From: Desulfovibrionaceae bacterium
GTDB lineage: Bacteria > Desulfobacterota > Desulfovibrionia > Desulfovibrionales > Desulfovibrionaceae
Direction: 5' to 3'
Length of the DNA: 64,000 bases
NCBI GenBank assembly: GCA_051650105.1
Contig: JBOFIJ010000006.1
Location: forward strand, 121,352 to 185,351
Shown here: piece by piece, positions 1-8,537 of the stretch
How positions within the stretch are numbered: the stretch's first letter is position 1
Layout: each line of letters starts with the position of its first letter
Notes under the pieces: model-generated
The model's database searches: none
The model's input: the letters and a program-made list of their open reading frames with translations, nothing else
Told to the model about the DNA's origin: nothing
Position numbers and translations under genes: made by a program

Positions 1-1
1 C

Positions 2-814
2 GGTGGAAATCCATTTTTATTATCCCTTGCGGGTGATGATGATTATGCTTTTTTATTAAGGGAAATGCTTGAAGAAAAAAATGTTGAACATCATATAGAA
101 GGAATAGAAGGGTTTCCCACTACATTAAAAACTCGTGTTATGGCATCGTCTGGGCATCAGATTGTTCGAGTAGATAGCGAACGATTCTTTGAAGTGGATT
201 CTGATTCTTTTCGTGTAATCCTTGCTGTTCTTGAAAGAGAAATGGAGGATGTGGATGTCCTTATTTTATCAGATTATGGAAAAGGTATGTTTTCTGCTGT
301 TATGATGGATGCATTAGAAGAGCTTTGGACAAAATTAGGAAGAAAGCCCAAAATTATTGTTGACCCTAAAGTTCTTAATATGGATTTATATAAAAATGTT
401 TTTATTCTTACTCCAAACTCTGTTGAAACATCCCAATACACGGGAATTTCTATTGATAGTGATGTGGAATTACAAAATGCTGCTGGATATATTTTTGATA
501 GATTATCATGCGACCATGTACTAACTACTCTTGGTAGTGAAGGAATGGCGTTATTCGATTCACAATATGTGTATAAGAGAATTGCCACTGTTGCGCAAAC
601 AGTATTTGACGTAACAGGAGCAGGAGATACTGTTTGTGCAATGCTTGGGTTAGCGCTTTCAAATGGTGTGCCTCTTCTTGAAAGTGCCATGCTTGCAAAT
701 TGTGCTGCAGGATGTGCTATAGGCTCTTTGGGAGCCACCGCTGTTTCTTTCGAGCAAGTGTATGATACTATTGATATATATTCTAAAAAATTGCAGGAAG
801 CCTTCTTGACATAG
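2..814 (+). CDS. hldA: pfkB-family sugar kinase, RfaE domain-I / D-glycero-beta-D-manno-heptose-7-phosphate kinase-like; 5' end outside window
   Basis: The frame is open from base 2, with no stop before the listed Met at 65. It carries the pfkB C-terminal signature DVTGAGDT and an RfaE-like segment HQIVRVDSE. Confidence 0.65.
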   Translation, partial: GGNPFLLSLAGDDDYAFLLREMLEEKNVEHHIEGIEGFPTTLKTRVMASSGHQIVRVDSERFFEVDSDSFRVILAVLEREMEDVDVLILSDYGKGMFSAVMMDALEELWTKLGRKPKIIVDPKVLNMDLYKNVFILTPNSVETSQYTGISIDSDVELQNAAGYIFDRLSCDHVLTTLGSEGMALFDSQYVYKRIATVAQTVFDVTGAGDTVCAMLGLALSNGVPLLESAMLANCAAGCAIGSLGATAVSFEQVYDTIDIYSKKLQEAFLT

Positions 815-904
815 CCCTGCTCGGGATATTCTATTCTTTGTTGGTATAATAGTATGTTGAAGGGGAGAATTTTCTAGAGAATATAGATAAGGCAACGCAA
901 TAGG

Positions 905-1294
905 GCTATATATTTTATTGGACTTGGGAGGAATTGACATTTTCAGAAAAAATATACTATGTCGATTTTCTTCTTTTACAAGTAATTTCGAGTTTTGGCT
1001 ATGATATTAATACATTTTCTTTATTGCTCACACAAAAAACTATAAAAATTCATGGTATTTTTATCAGGAATTTACGGTTTCTCATGAAGTATCTAAGACA
1101 TTTTTACAAGAAACTATAGAGTTTGAATAAATGTATTTAAAATCATTTTCAATAAGCAATGTGGGCAATATTCGTATTGAGATTTTTATAGGTAGTACTG
1201 TTACTCACACATTTTGTGTGACAAACGTTCAGAAAAAAATGGCACAACAGACAGCAGCATATATGAGGATAATAGATGATATTGGTGAAATATA
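905..1294 (+). pseudogene. Decayed partial copy of the N-terminal (non-catalytic) region of the YibQ-like gene at 50520..51695
   Basis: Translation gives ELTFSEKIYYVDFLLLQVISSFGYDINTFSLLLTQ, then a frameshift, then YFYQEFTVSHEVSKTFLQETIEFE*MYLKSFSISNVGNIRIEIFIGSTVTHTFCVTNV..YMRIIDDIGEI*. This is colinear with YibQ-like residues about 55-185 (ELSLSEKIRYFDLLLLQTISDFDYDINVLSLLSTQ..YFYQEFTISGTISKTFLQEIVELEQIYPKSFSINNVGNTHIKVFIDGIITHTIYIPNV..YMTIIIDDIGEN). There is one frameshift near 1055 and an in-frame TAA at 1128. Confidence 0.85.
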
Positions 1295-1382
1295 AAAGGA
1301 GTGCGTATTGTTAAAAAGTGTGAGAGTGTGATATTTTTGATGGAGATAGGATTAATTATATGTAAGTGGTGTTATACTGGAT

Positions 1383-2384
1383 CTATTCATGGTTTTTTGT
1401 CTTATATACCCATGTTGAAAATGCGTAGCCTTGATGTCCTAGACTTTTTAGATATGCAATGGCAAGAATTTTTCCTGTGAAAGAGAGTTGAAGATCTTGA
1501 TAAGGGCTTGTGTGCCAAGTATCTATAATTGTTTGTATACTTGGAAGCATTTTTATAAGTTGTGATCTAGATTCTTCTAAATCCATACGCGTTTCTTCAG
1601 AATATTTAAGAATAAATTCATATTCTGTTTCTGTAATGGAGCCTGTGGTGTTATGATGTTCTAACGATGCTATATTTAAGAAGCCAAATTGCTCGTATGC
1701 AGTATTTGTGAAGGAGCGTATGATAAACTTTTTTTGCTTTAATGACTTATATTCTGGAAATGAGCTAAGAGCGAGTGTATTAAAACCTTTATCAAAAAAG
1801 ACTGTATAATGGTGACGAAGTGTTGTAATAAATTGGTGTTTTGTTTTAGTGGTATACACTAGTCCGTATGTTCTTAATAAGGAGAAATAATGTTCTTCTG
1901 TATGTTCCAGATTGTATAGGTCTACAATAGATTTTTGTAGAAAATCAACAAATTCCTTATGAGTGAAGAATGTTCGAGATGTTTCTGTTACAATGAAAAG
2001 AAGAGCTAATATAGCAAGTTGTTCTACTGAAAGAGAAGGAAGTATTTTTAATACAGTAATATATAAATTCTCTTCATTATTTTCCTTACTTAGGAAAAGA
2101 GCATGCAAACATTCTAGTACGACACTTCTTATATAGGCATTTTCTGTAAGAGTGCAAACATATAAACCTTGTTCGAGGGCATGGTATAATTTAGGGATTT
2201 GAAGTTTATCCATATAGTGCGGAATATCGATAGATCTTTTTTGCCAAGATGAGTAAAACATTTTTTGGCATCTAGTTGATGTTTTCTTAATATTTTCTTG
2301 CACACGTTGAGGCATCGTTTCAAAGAATTCTGGAAATAGTATGTGAGAAGGATCTCCATCATAGTTTGTGAGTGACATCATCAT
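1383..2384 (-). CDS. Hypothetical protein, 333 aa, no domain recognised
   Basis: Long uninterrupted ORF in AT-rich DNA, divergent from potA. I could identify no motif. Confidence 0.6.
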   Translation of the reverse strand: MMMSLTNYDGDPSHILFPEFFETMPQRVQENIKKTSTRCQKMFYSSWQKRSIDIPHYMDKLQIPKLYHALEQGLYVCTLTENAYIRSVVLECLHALFLSKENNEENLYITVLKILPSLSVEQLAILALLFIVTETSRTFFTHKEFVDFLQKSIVDLYNLEHTEEHYFSLLRTYGLVYTTKTKHQFITTLRHHYTVFFDKGFNTLALSSFPEYKSLKQKKFIIRSFTNTAYEQFGFLNIASLEHHNTTGSITETEYEFILKYSEETRMDLEESRSQLIKMLPSIQTIIDTWHTSPYQDLQLSFTGKILAIAYLKSLGHQGYAFSTWVYKTKNHE

Positions 2385-2593
2385 GCTCCTGTAGTGGTGA
2401 CATATATTTAAGCATACTATGGAGAAAACTTCAAGTTTCAGTAGTAATAATTATATTGTATTTAACTCTTTTTTTTTCTTTAAAATGTTCTACAGTTACT
2501 TTTTATTTCTGACTTTCTTCTTGCAATATGTAAAATAATGTGTAAGAAATACATTTTACTAGTTTTTTGAAGCTTTTCTTGAGGGAGGGGTGT

Positions 2594-3712
2594 ATGAAAG
2601 AAGTATCTAATATTATAGAGATGAGTGATATAAATAAATATTATGATTCTGTACATGCTCTAGATTCAGTTTCTTTAAGCATTTTAAATGGAGAATTTTA
2701 TACATTGCTTGGTCCTTCTGGTTGTGGAAAAACCACAATATTAAGAATGTTGGCAGGTTTTGAACACCCAACGTCTGGTACTATTTCCCTTAACAGAGAA
2801 ATTATTAATGATTTACCTCCAGAGAAGCGAAAGGTAAATACTGTTTTTCAAGATTATGCGCTTTTTCCTCATATGACTGTTTGGAACAATGTTTCTTTTG
2901 GATTAAAAATGCAAAAGTTAGACAAAGATGAAATTGCGTCTAGAGTAGAGGCTATTTTATATAAAGTTGCTCTTAATAAATATGCTACAAGGTATCCTCA
3001 TCAGCTTTCTGGAGGACAAAAACAACGAGTTGCTCTTGCGAGAGCGGCAGTGAATAATCCCCTTGTACTTCTTTTAGATGAACCCTTTAGTGCTTTAGAT
3101 CTTAAACTTCGAAGACAAATGCAAAAAGAAATGAAAGAGTTTCAACGACAATTAGGAATTACATTTGTTTTTGTTACTCATGATCAAGAGGAAGCATTTT
3201 CTCTTTCTGACCGTATTGTTGTTATGAATCATGGAAGAATTGCTCAAATAGGTACCCCTCAGGAAATTTATGAAGAGCCTGCCAATATGTTTGTTGCTGG
3301 ATTTGTTGGAGATATTAATACACTGCCGGCTATTGTTGTTGAGAAAAAAGAAAAAAATGCAAAAGATGAAGGAGCATATCTTGTTTCTCTTTTTGGAGTA
3401 TTGTTTCCAATAAAAACAAAGAAAGTGCTTTATATTGGAGAAGCGATAAAGGTTATGTTACGGCCAGAAGACCTTAGGATTGATTCTATTCAGTGTATGC
3501 CAGAAGGACAACCTTTTCTTGAAGGTATTATAGAGGAAGCTATTTACAAAGGTGCTACCGTTGATTTGTATATTAAATTAGGTAATGGTGAACGGCTTTT
3601 AGCCTCTGAATTTTTTAATGAAGATGATGAAGATATTGATTATTTTAGAGGAGAACCTGTTGCAATAGCATGGGTTGATGGTTGGGAGGTAATTCTAAAA
3701 AATGAAGAATAG
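2594..3712 (+). CDS. potA: Spermidine/putrescine ABC transporter ATP-binding protein
   Basis: Walker A GPSGCGKTT, signature LSGGQKQRVALARA, Walker B LLLDEPFSALD, and a PotA-type C-terminal regulatory domain. A GGAGGGG Shine-Dalgarno lies just upstream of ATG 2594, so the ORF-track start at 2567 is probably too early. Confidence 0.9.
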   Translation: MKEVSNIIEMSDINKYYDSVHALDSVSLSILNGEFYTLLGPSGCGKTTILRMLAGFEHPTSGTISLNREIINDLPPEKRKVNTVFQDYALFPHMTVWNNVSFGLKMQKLDKDEIASRVEAILYKVALNKYATRYPHQLSGGQKQRVALARAAVNNPLVLLLDEPFSALDLKLRRQMQKEMKEFQRQLGITFVFVTHDQEEAFSLSDRIVVMNHGRIAQIGTPQEIYEEPANMFVAGFVGDINTLPAIVVEKKEKNAKDEGAYLVSLFGVLFPIKTKKVLYIGEAIKVMLRPEDLRIDSIQCMPEGQPFLEGIIEEAIYKGATVDLYIKLGNGERLLASEFFNEDDEDIDYFRGEPVAIAWVDGWEVILKNEE

Positions 3713-4586
3713 TTTCCTAAGTAGAATTCACTATTTTAAATATATTACCATAAGTATTGTCGTTACATGGCTTATTCTCTTTGCAATTATTCCTCAAATT
3801 GCTATTGTGGTTGTCGCTTTTTTAAAACGATCTCCTCAACAATTTGTTGAATTTACTTTTTCACTTGAGGCTTTTAGAAGGCTATTAGATCCTGTTTTAT
3901 TAAAAATTATCTGGGATTCCCTTTTGCTTTCTTTTATAAGCACAGCTCTGTGTCTTTTATTTGGGTATCCATTGGCTTATGGAATAGCAACAGCTAAAAA
4001 ACAATATAGGCCAATGTTACTATTACTTATTATTATTCCTTTTTGGACAAATTCTGTTATACGGACATATGCATTGATTTTATTTCTTAAAAAGGATGGT
4101 TTACTTAGTGGAGCTCTAGAGTACTTTGGAATTATTGATCAACCTATTTCTTTACTTTATGGAAATACAGCTATCTTTTTAGGTTTTCTTTATACATTAT
4201 TGCCTTTTATGGTGTTGCCCATTTATGTTGCTATTGATAAGCTTGATCAAAAACTCTGTGATGCAGCAAGAGACCTTGGTGCTTCTTCCTTTTACACATT
4301 TGTGCATATTATTATTCCTTTAACCATGCCGGGTATTCTTGCTGGATGTATGTTAGTATTTTTACCAACATTAACATATTTCTTTATACCAGAAATATTG
4401 GGTGGTGCTAAAATGGTGCTTATCGGTAACTTTATTAAGAATCAGTTCTTGCTCACTCAAGATTGGCCTCTTGGTGCGGTTGCTTGTATTATTCTTAGTC
4501 TTATTCTTTTCTTTCTTTTATTTCTTTATAAAAAAAGTGAACGATATATTGCGGCTCAGAATACGAAGAAAAGGGGCACTATATGA
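3702..4586 (+). CDS. potB: Spermidine/putrescine ABC transporter permease
   Basis: Multi-TM permease with EAA-type loop CDAARDLGAS. Its start overlaps the potA stop. Confidence 0.88.
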   Translation: MKNSFLSRIHYFKYITISIVVTWLILFAIIPQIAIVVVAFLKRSPQQFVEFTFSLEAFRRLLDPVLLKIIWDSLLLSFISTALCLLFGYPLAYGIATAKKQYRPMLLLLIIIPFWTNSVIRTYALILFLKKDGLLSGALEYFGIIDQPISLLYGNTAIFLGFLYTLLPFMVLPIYVAIDKLDQKLCDAARDLGASSFYTFVHIIIPLTMPGILAGCMLVFLPTLTYFFIPEILGGAKMVLIGNFIKNQFLLTQDWPLGAVACIILSLILFFLLFLYKKSERYIAAQNTKKRGTI

Positions 4587-5356
4587 AACGGAAGGTATTG
4601 CCTATATATGTTATTGTAGTATATATTTTTCTTTATTTGCCTATTTTTGCTGTGATTGTTTTTTCTTTTAATGATAGTAAATATAATCTTGTTTGGAAGG
4701 GATTTACATTTAAATGGTATGAATCGTTATTGCATAATTCTGCCCTTATTGATGCTACCGTTTTATCATTAACATTGGCTATTAGTAGTGCAACAATTGC
4801 TACTATTTTGGGAACATTATCGGCTCTTTGTATTCATAGGTATACATTTTGGGGTAAATCGTTATTGCATGGAACAATATACCTTCTTACTGTGTCACCA
4901 GATATTGTTATGGGTATAGCGCTTCTCGTTTTTTTTGTTACTATAGAATTACAGCTTGGTTTTGTCACGTTACTTATTGCACACATTACTTTGGGGCTTC
5001 CCTTCGTTGCAATTACTGTATTAGCAAGATTATCTTCTCTTAGCGGCCATTTAATAGAAGCAGCTAAAGATTTGGGGGCTTCTGAATGGGTTGCATTTAG
5101 GACAGTGGTGTTACCTCTTATCATGCCAGCTCTTGTTGCGGGATGGTTTCTTAGTTTTACCCTTTCAATTGATGATATTCTTATAAGCTTTTTTCTTTCT
5201 TCTCCCCAATATGAATTGCTTTCTTTGCGAATATATTCTGTAGTGAGACTTGGTATAAAGCCCGATATCAATGCTCTTTCTACTATCATGTTTGGGATAA
5301 CAGTCATTTTTATCATTACTTCACAATATTTTTTACATTCTAGGAGAAAAATATAA
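4583..5356 (+). CDS. potC: Spermidine/putrescine ABC transporter permease
   Basis: Multi-TM permease with loop IEAAKDLGASEW. It has a 4-nt overlap with potB. Confidence 0.88.
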   Translation: MKRKVLPIYVIVVYIFLYLPIFAVIVFSFNDSKYNLVWKGFTFKWYESLLHNSALIDATVLSLTLAISSATIATILGTLSALCIHRYTFWGKSLLHGTIYLLTVSPDIVMGIALLVFFVTIELQLGFVTLLIAHITLGLPFVAITVLARLSSLSGHLIEAAKDLGASEWVAFRTVVLPLIMPALVAGWFLSFTLSIDDILISFFLSSPQYELLSLRIYSVVRLGIKPDINALSTIMFGITVIFIITSQYFLHSRRKI

Positions 5357-6402
5357 TGAAAATATTAGTATCTTTTTTTATAGTATTGTCTTTTTTCTTT
5401 CCTGTTTCTGTAGGAGAAGCAAAGAAAAAAAGAGTTGTCATTATTTACAATTGGTCTGAATATATTCCAGAAAATGTTCTTAAACAGTTTGAAAAAGAAA
5501 CGGGGATACGTGTTATTTATAGCACATATGAATCTAATGAGGCTATGTTTGCTAAATTAAAGATTTTGGAAGGAAAGGGCTATGATATTATAGTGCCTTC
5601 CACATATGTTATTAGTAAACTTAAAAATAACAATTTATTGCATCCTATAGATAAAAGTAAGTTAACAAATTTTGCTAATATTAATCCTTTGTTATTGGGA
5701 CAATCTTTTGATAGGAAAAATGAATATAGTATACCCTATATGTGGGGGTCTACTCTTTTGCTTGTCAATAAATCAAAGATAGATCCCACTAAAATCACAA
5801 GTTGGAATGATTTAAAGAAAAAAGAATTTAAGGGGCACGTTTTTCTTTCTGATGATTTACGTGATACTATGGGTATTGCTCTTAGGACACTCGGTTTCTC
5901 TCCTAATACAAGGGATGCTAAGCAGATAGAGCAAGCTGCCAAATGGTTAGAGGAATTAATGCCTTCAGTTCGTGTATTTGATATTACGGCACAGAAGCAG
6001 GCTTTTGTCAGTAAGGAAGTACTAATTGGTACTGTATGGAGTGGAGATGCTTTTGTAGCTATAGAAGAAAATAGCGATCTTGTGCCTGTTTATCCTAAGG
6101 AAGGAGTTTCTCTGTGGATTGATAGTTTTGTTATTCCAAAGGGTGCAAAAAATATAGATGAGGCGCATGAATTTATTAATTTTTTATTGCGACCAGAGAT
6201 AGCTGCTCAAAGTGTTGAAGAGTATTTCTATTCTACACCAAATATCCATGCTGTACAATATTTGCCTCCTGAAATAGTAAAGAATTCCCTTATTAATCCA
6301 CCAGATAAGCTTATAGAGAAATCTGCAATTTTAGATGATGTTGGTGATGCGATTGGAATATATGAGCAATCTTGGGAAAAGATTAAAGTAAAAAATAAGT
6401 GA
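5356..6402 (+). CDS. potD: Periplasmic spermidine/putrescine-binding protein
   Basis: Signal peptide MKILVSFFIVLSFFFPVSVGEA and PotD/PotF-family length and sequence. A TAATG junction joins it to potC. Confidence 0.88.
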   Translation: MKILVSFFIVLSFFFPVSVGEAKKKRVVIIYNWSEYIPENVLKQFEKETGIRVIYSTYESNEAMFAKLKILEGKGYDIIVPSTYVISKLKNNNLLHPIDKSKLTNFANINPLLLGQSFDRKNEYSIPYMWGSTLLLVNKSKIDPTKITSWNDLKKKEFKGHVFLSDDLRDTMGIALRTLGFSPNTRDAKQIEQAAKWLEELMPSVRVFDITAQKQAFVSKEVLIGTVWSGDAFVAIEENSDLVPVYPKEGVSLWIDSFVIPKGAKNIDEAHEFINFLLRPEIAAQSVEEYFYSTPNIHAVQYLPPEIVKNSLINPPDKLIEKSAILDDVGDAIGIYEQSWEKIKVKNK

Positions 6403-6411
6403 TATTTTGTA

Positions 6412-6446
6412 AAAGGTTTCTTTGTATATGAGAAGCCTTTTTTATT
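6412..6446 (+). terminator. Rho-independent terminator after potD
   Basis: Stem aaaggtttc (6412..6420) pairs with gaagccttt (6432..6440), including one G-U pair, and is followed by a T run. Confidence 0.6.
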
Positions 6447-6453
6447 GTGTATC

Positions 6454-6609
6454 TTTCTATTCTACAATATCCATGCTGTACAATATTTGCTTCCTGAAAT
6501 AGTAAAGAATTCCCTTATTAATCTAGCAGATAAGCTTATAGAGAAATCTGCAATGTTAGATGATGTTGGTGTGATGCGATTGGAATATATGAGCAATCTT
6601 TGGAAAAGA
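6454..6609 (+). repeat. Degenerate direct duplicate of the last ~155 bp of potD (parent 6225..6382)
   Basis: Hand alignment shows about 5 substitutions, a 3-nt deletion and a 2-nt insertion that shifts the frame. The copy lies just past the potD terminator. Confidence 0.9.
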
Positions 6610-7198
6610 GTAGTAGTAATATAGTATTGATGTAACAAGGAGATTCTATGTTCATAATGTGCATATCTAATATAAAGTTATATGTTGTTGTTCTTACACA
6701 ATAACTTTACAAATGAAAAGAATGTTATGTAAAATGTTTTTTTGTGTTATTTTTTGTATTGTTTTCTTTCTTATTGGAAATAGAGAGTGTTATATTCTTT
6801 CTAAATTTGTAATGAAAAAAATATCATAGTGTTTATAATGTTCGTAAATGGAAATTTTTGTCGATATTGTTTATAAAAAAAATAGGATTGTATAAGAATA
6901 TATAGATGTTTCTATTTAGGAGAGAAAATTTTCTCTTTATTCATGAGAGTATTGATTTTTTATATGAAGTAGTACATATTCTCCACTGGTGTTTTTGGAA
7001 ATTAAGGATAATTTTATTTGATGCTCTTGGAAAATAGTGTATTTATAGTATAGTATTTCATAAATAAATTTCCATTACATAAGAATATATTATGTAGTAA
7101 AAGAATATGTATAATGTCATTATCTCGTTGAGAATATATGTTATTATTGTTCCTATCTTGTAGAAAACATTATTTTTTGTTGGGAAGGTGGATGAGAG

Positions 7199-7852
7199 AT
7201 GAGTAAAGAAGAAAAAGCCCTTTTTGTATTATGTTCTCTTAGAAGAAGGTATCCTGTAATTCCTACTCTGCTATATGCAAAGAACCCTTGGGAGCATCTT
7301 GTTGCTACTATTTTGTCTGCTCAGTGTACTGATGCACGAGTTAATATGATAACACCATATTTTTTTGAGATGTGGCCAACACCGTATGATCTATATGATG
7401 TGGAACAAGTAGAAGTTGAGAGTGTTATACGAAGTACTGGATTTTTTAGAAATAAAGCAAAACACCTAATAGGAAGTGCGAGAAGAATTATTGATTATTA
7501 TGGAGGTGAAGTTCCAAGTACGATGGAGGATTTGCTTTCTTTGCCTGGAGTTGCACGAAAAACAGCTAATGTTGTATTATGGGAACAATTTGGTATAAAT
7601 AAGGGTTTAGCAATAGATACTCATGTAAAAAGAATAATGCATCATTTAGGGCTCACAGAAAATACAAATCCAGATAAAGTTGAACAAGACCTTATTGTAC
7701 TTTTTCCTCAAGAGGACTGGGGGGATATAAATAAAATGATGGTTTGGTTTGGAAGAGAAGTATGCGATGCAAAAAAACCACGTTGTAATGGATGCTGTTT
7801 GTTTGACGTTTGTGAGTATAGCATAAACAAAAATATCGTAAGACCAGCCTAA
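7199..7852 (+). CDS. nth: Endonuclease III (HhH-GPD glycosylase/lyase with 4Fe-4S cluster)
   Basis: HhH motif LPGVARKTANVVL with the catalytic Lys, catalytic Asp in AIDTHVKRI, and Fe-S motif CDAKKPRCNGCCLFDVC. Confidence 0.9.
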   Translation: MSKEEKALFVLCSLRRRYPVIPTLLYAKNPWEHLVATILSAQCTDARVNMITPYFFEMWPTPYDLYDVEQVEVESVIRSTGFFRNKAKHLIGSARRIIDYYGGEVPSTMEDLLSLPGVARKTANVVLWEQFGINKGLAIDTHVKRIMHHLGLTENTNPDKVEQDLIVLFPQEDWGDINKMMVWFGREVCDAKKPRCNGCCLFDVCEYSINKNIVRPA

Positions 7853-7897
7853 GAACACAGTGCACTTATACAAGTCTCACGATACGTAATTTTGAAG

Positions 7898-8179
7898 CTA
7901 CTTGGATTTTACTTTTTCTTTAAGGCTCTTTGATGGAGTGAAGCGAGCAACTTTGGAAGAAGGTATCAATATTTCTTCACCAGTACGCAAATTCCTACCT
8001 TTACGGGCTGCACGTTCTACAATTTTAAAACTACCCAAATCAGGTAAAGAAACAGAATCACCTTGAGTCAACACATCTACTAAAGATGATATTACAACAG
8101 TTAATGCTGTTTCTGCCTGTGCTTTAGACGGATATCCACCTATTTTTTGAATTTTTTCAATAAGATCTGCTTTAGTCAT
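7898..8179 (-). CDS. hup: HU/IHF-family nucleoid-associated DNA-binding protein
   Basis: 93 aa with typical HU sequence MTKADLIEKI..GSFKIVERAARKGRNLRTGEEI. Confidence 0.88.
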   Translation of the reverse strand: MTKADLIEKIQKIGGYPSKAQAETALTVVISSLVDVLTQGDSVSLPDLGSFKIVERAARKGRNLRTGEEILIPSSKVARFTPSKSLKEKVKSK

Positions 8180-8214
8180 GAAAACTCCTTGCGATAAATA
8201 AAGCTGTACGATCG

Positions 8215-8237
8215 CGAATCTTAATTAAGATTTCGCT
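8215..8237. promoter_or_regulatory. Near-perfect palindrome in the hup leader/promoter region
   Basis: gcgaatcttaattaagatttcgc has arms gcgaatc and gatttcgc (one-base bulge) around ttaattaa. It lies 36-58 nt upstream of the hup start. Confidence 0.35.
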
Positions 8238-8537
8238 CCGTGGAATATTGTGCCATTCTACACTATTAGTAGAAAAAAATCTAGCCTTTCTAGAGAAAAT
8301 ATTTTTTTCTCTTTAAAATTTCTTTTCTCAGAGCCAGAAAATAGTAATTGATCTTTTTAATAGATAGTGCTTTCTGTTGCTTGAAGAATCGTCGATAACA
8401 TACACTAAAAATTTAGGATAATCAAGAGAAGATGTATAGATAATAGATGATTATTTTACAGTCAATCATGGAATATCTTTTGCTTACTAATTCTGTAAAG
8501 ATAGTTTTTAGTCCACTCTGTTGTATTAGGAAATGAT

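Noticed and set aside
274-738. Long antisense 'shadow' ORFs opposite confident genes. Examples: 274..738, 4834..5316, 8738..8980, 22197..22526, 40346..40591, 40993..41349, 48301..48801, 52456..52761 and 44622..45014.
   Set aside because: Each lies entirely inside a gene with strong family motifs on the other strand or frame. None has a recognisable motif or start context.
934-1119. 61-aa ORF called in the track.
   Set aside because: It is one frame of the decayed yibQ-like N-terminal copy. The similarity continues in another frame after a frameshift, so it is a pseudogene piece and not a gene.
6714-6830. Short hydrophobic ORF (MKRMLCKMFFCVIFCIVFFLIGNRECYILSKFVMKKIS) in the potD-nth spacer.
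   Set aside because: It has no Shine-Dalgarno and sits in AT-rich debris. It cannot be distinguished from chance without conservation data.
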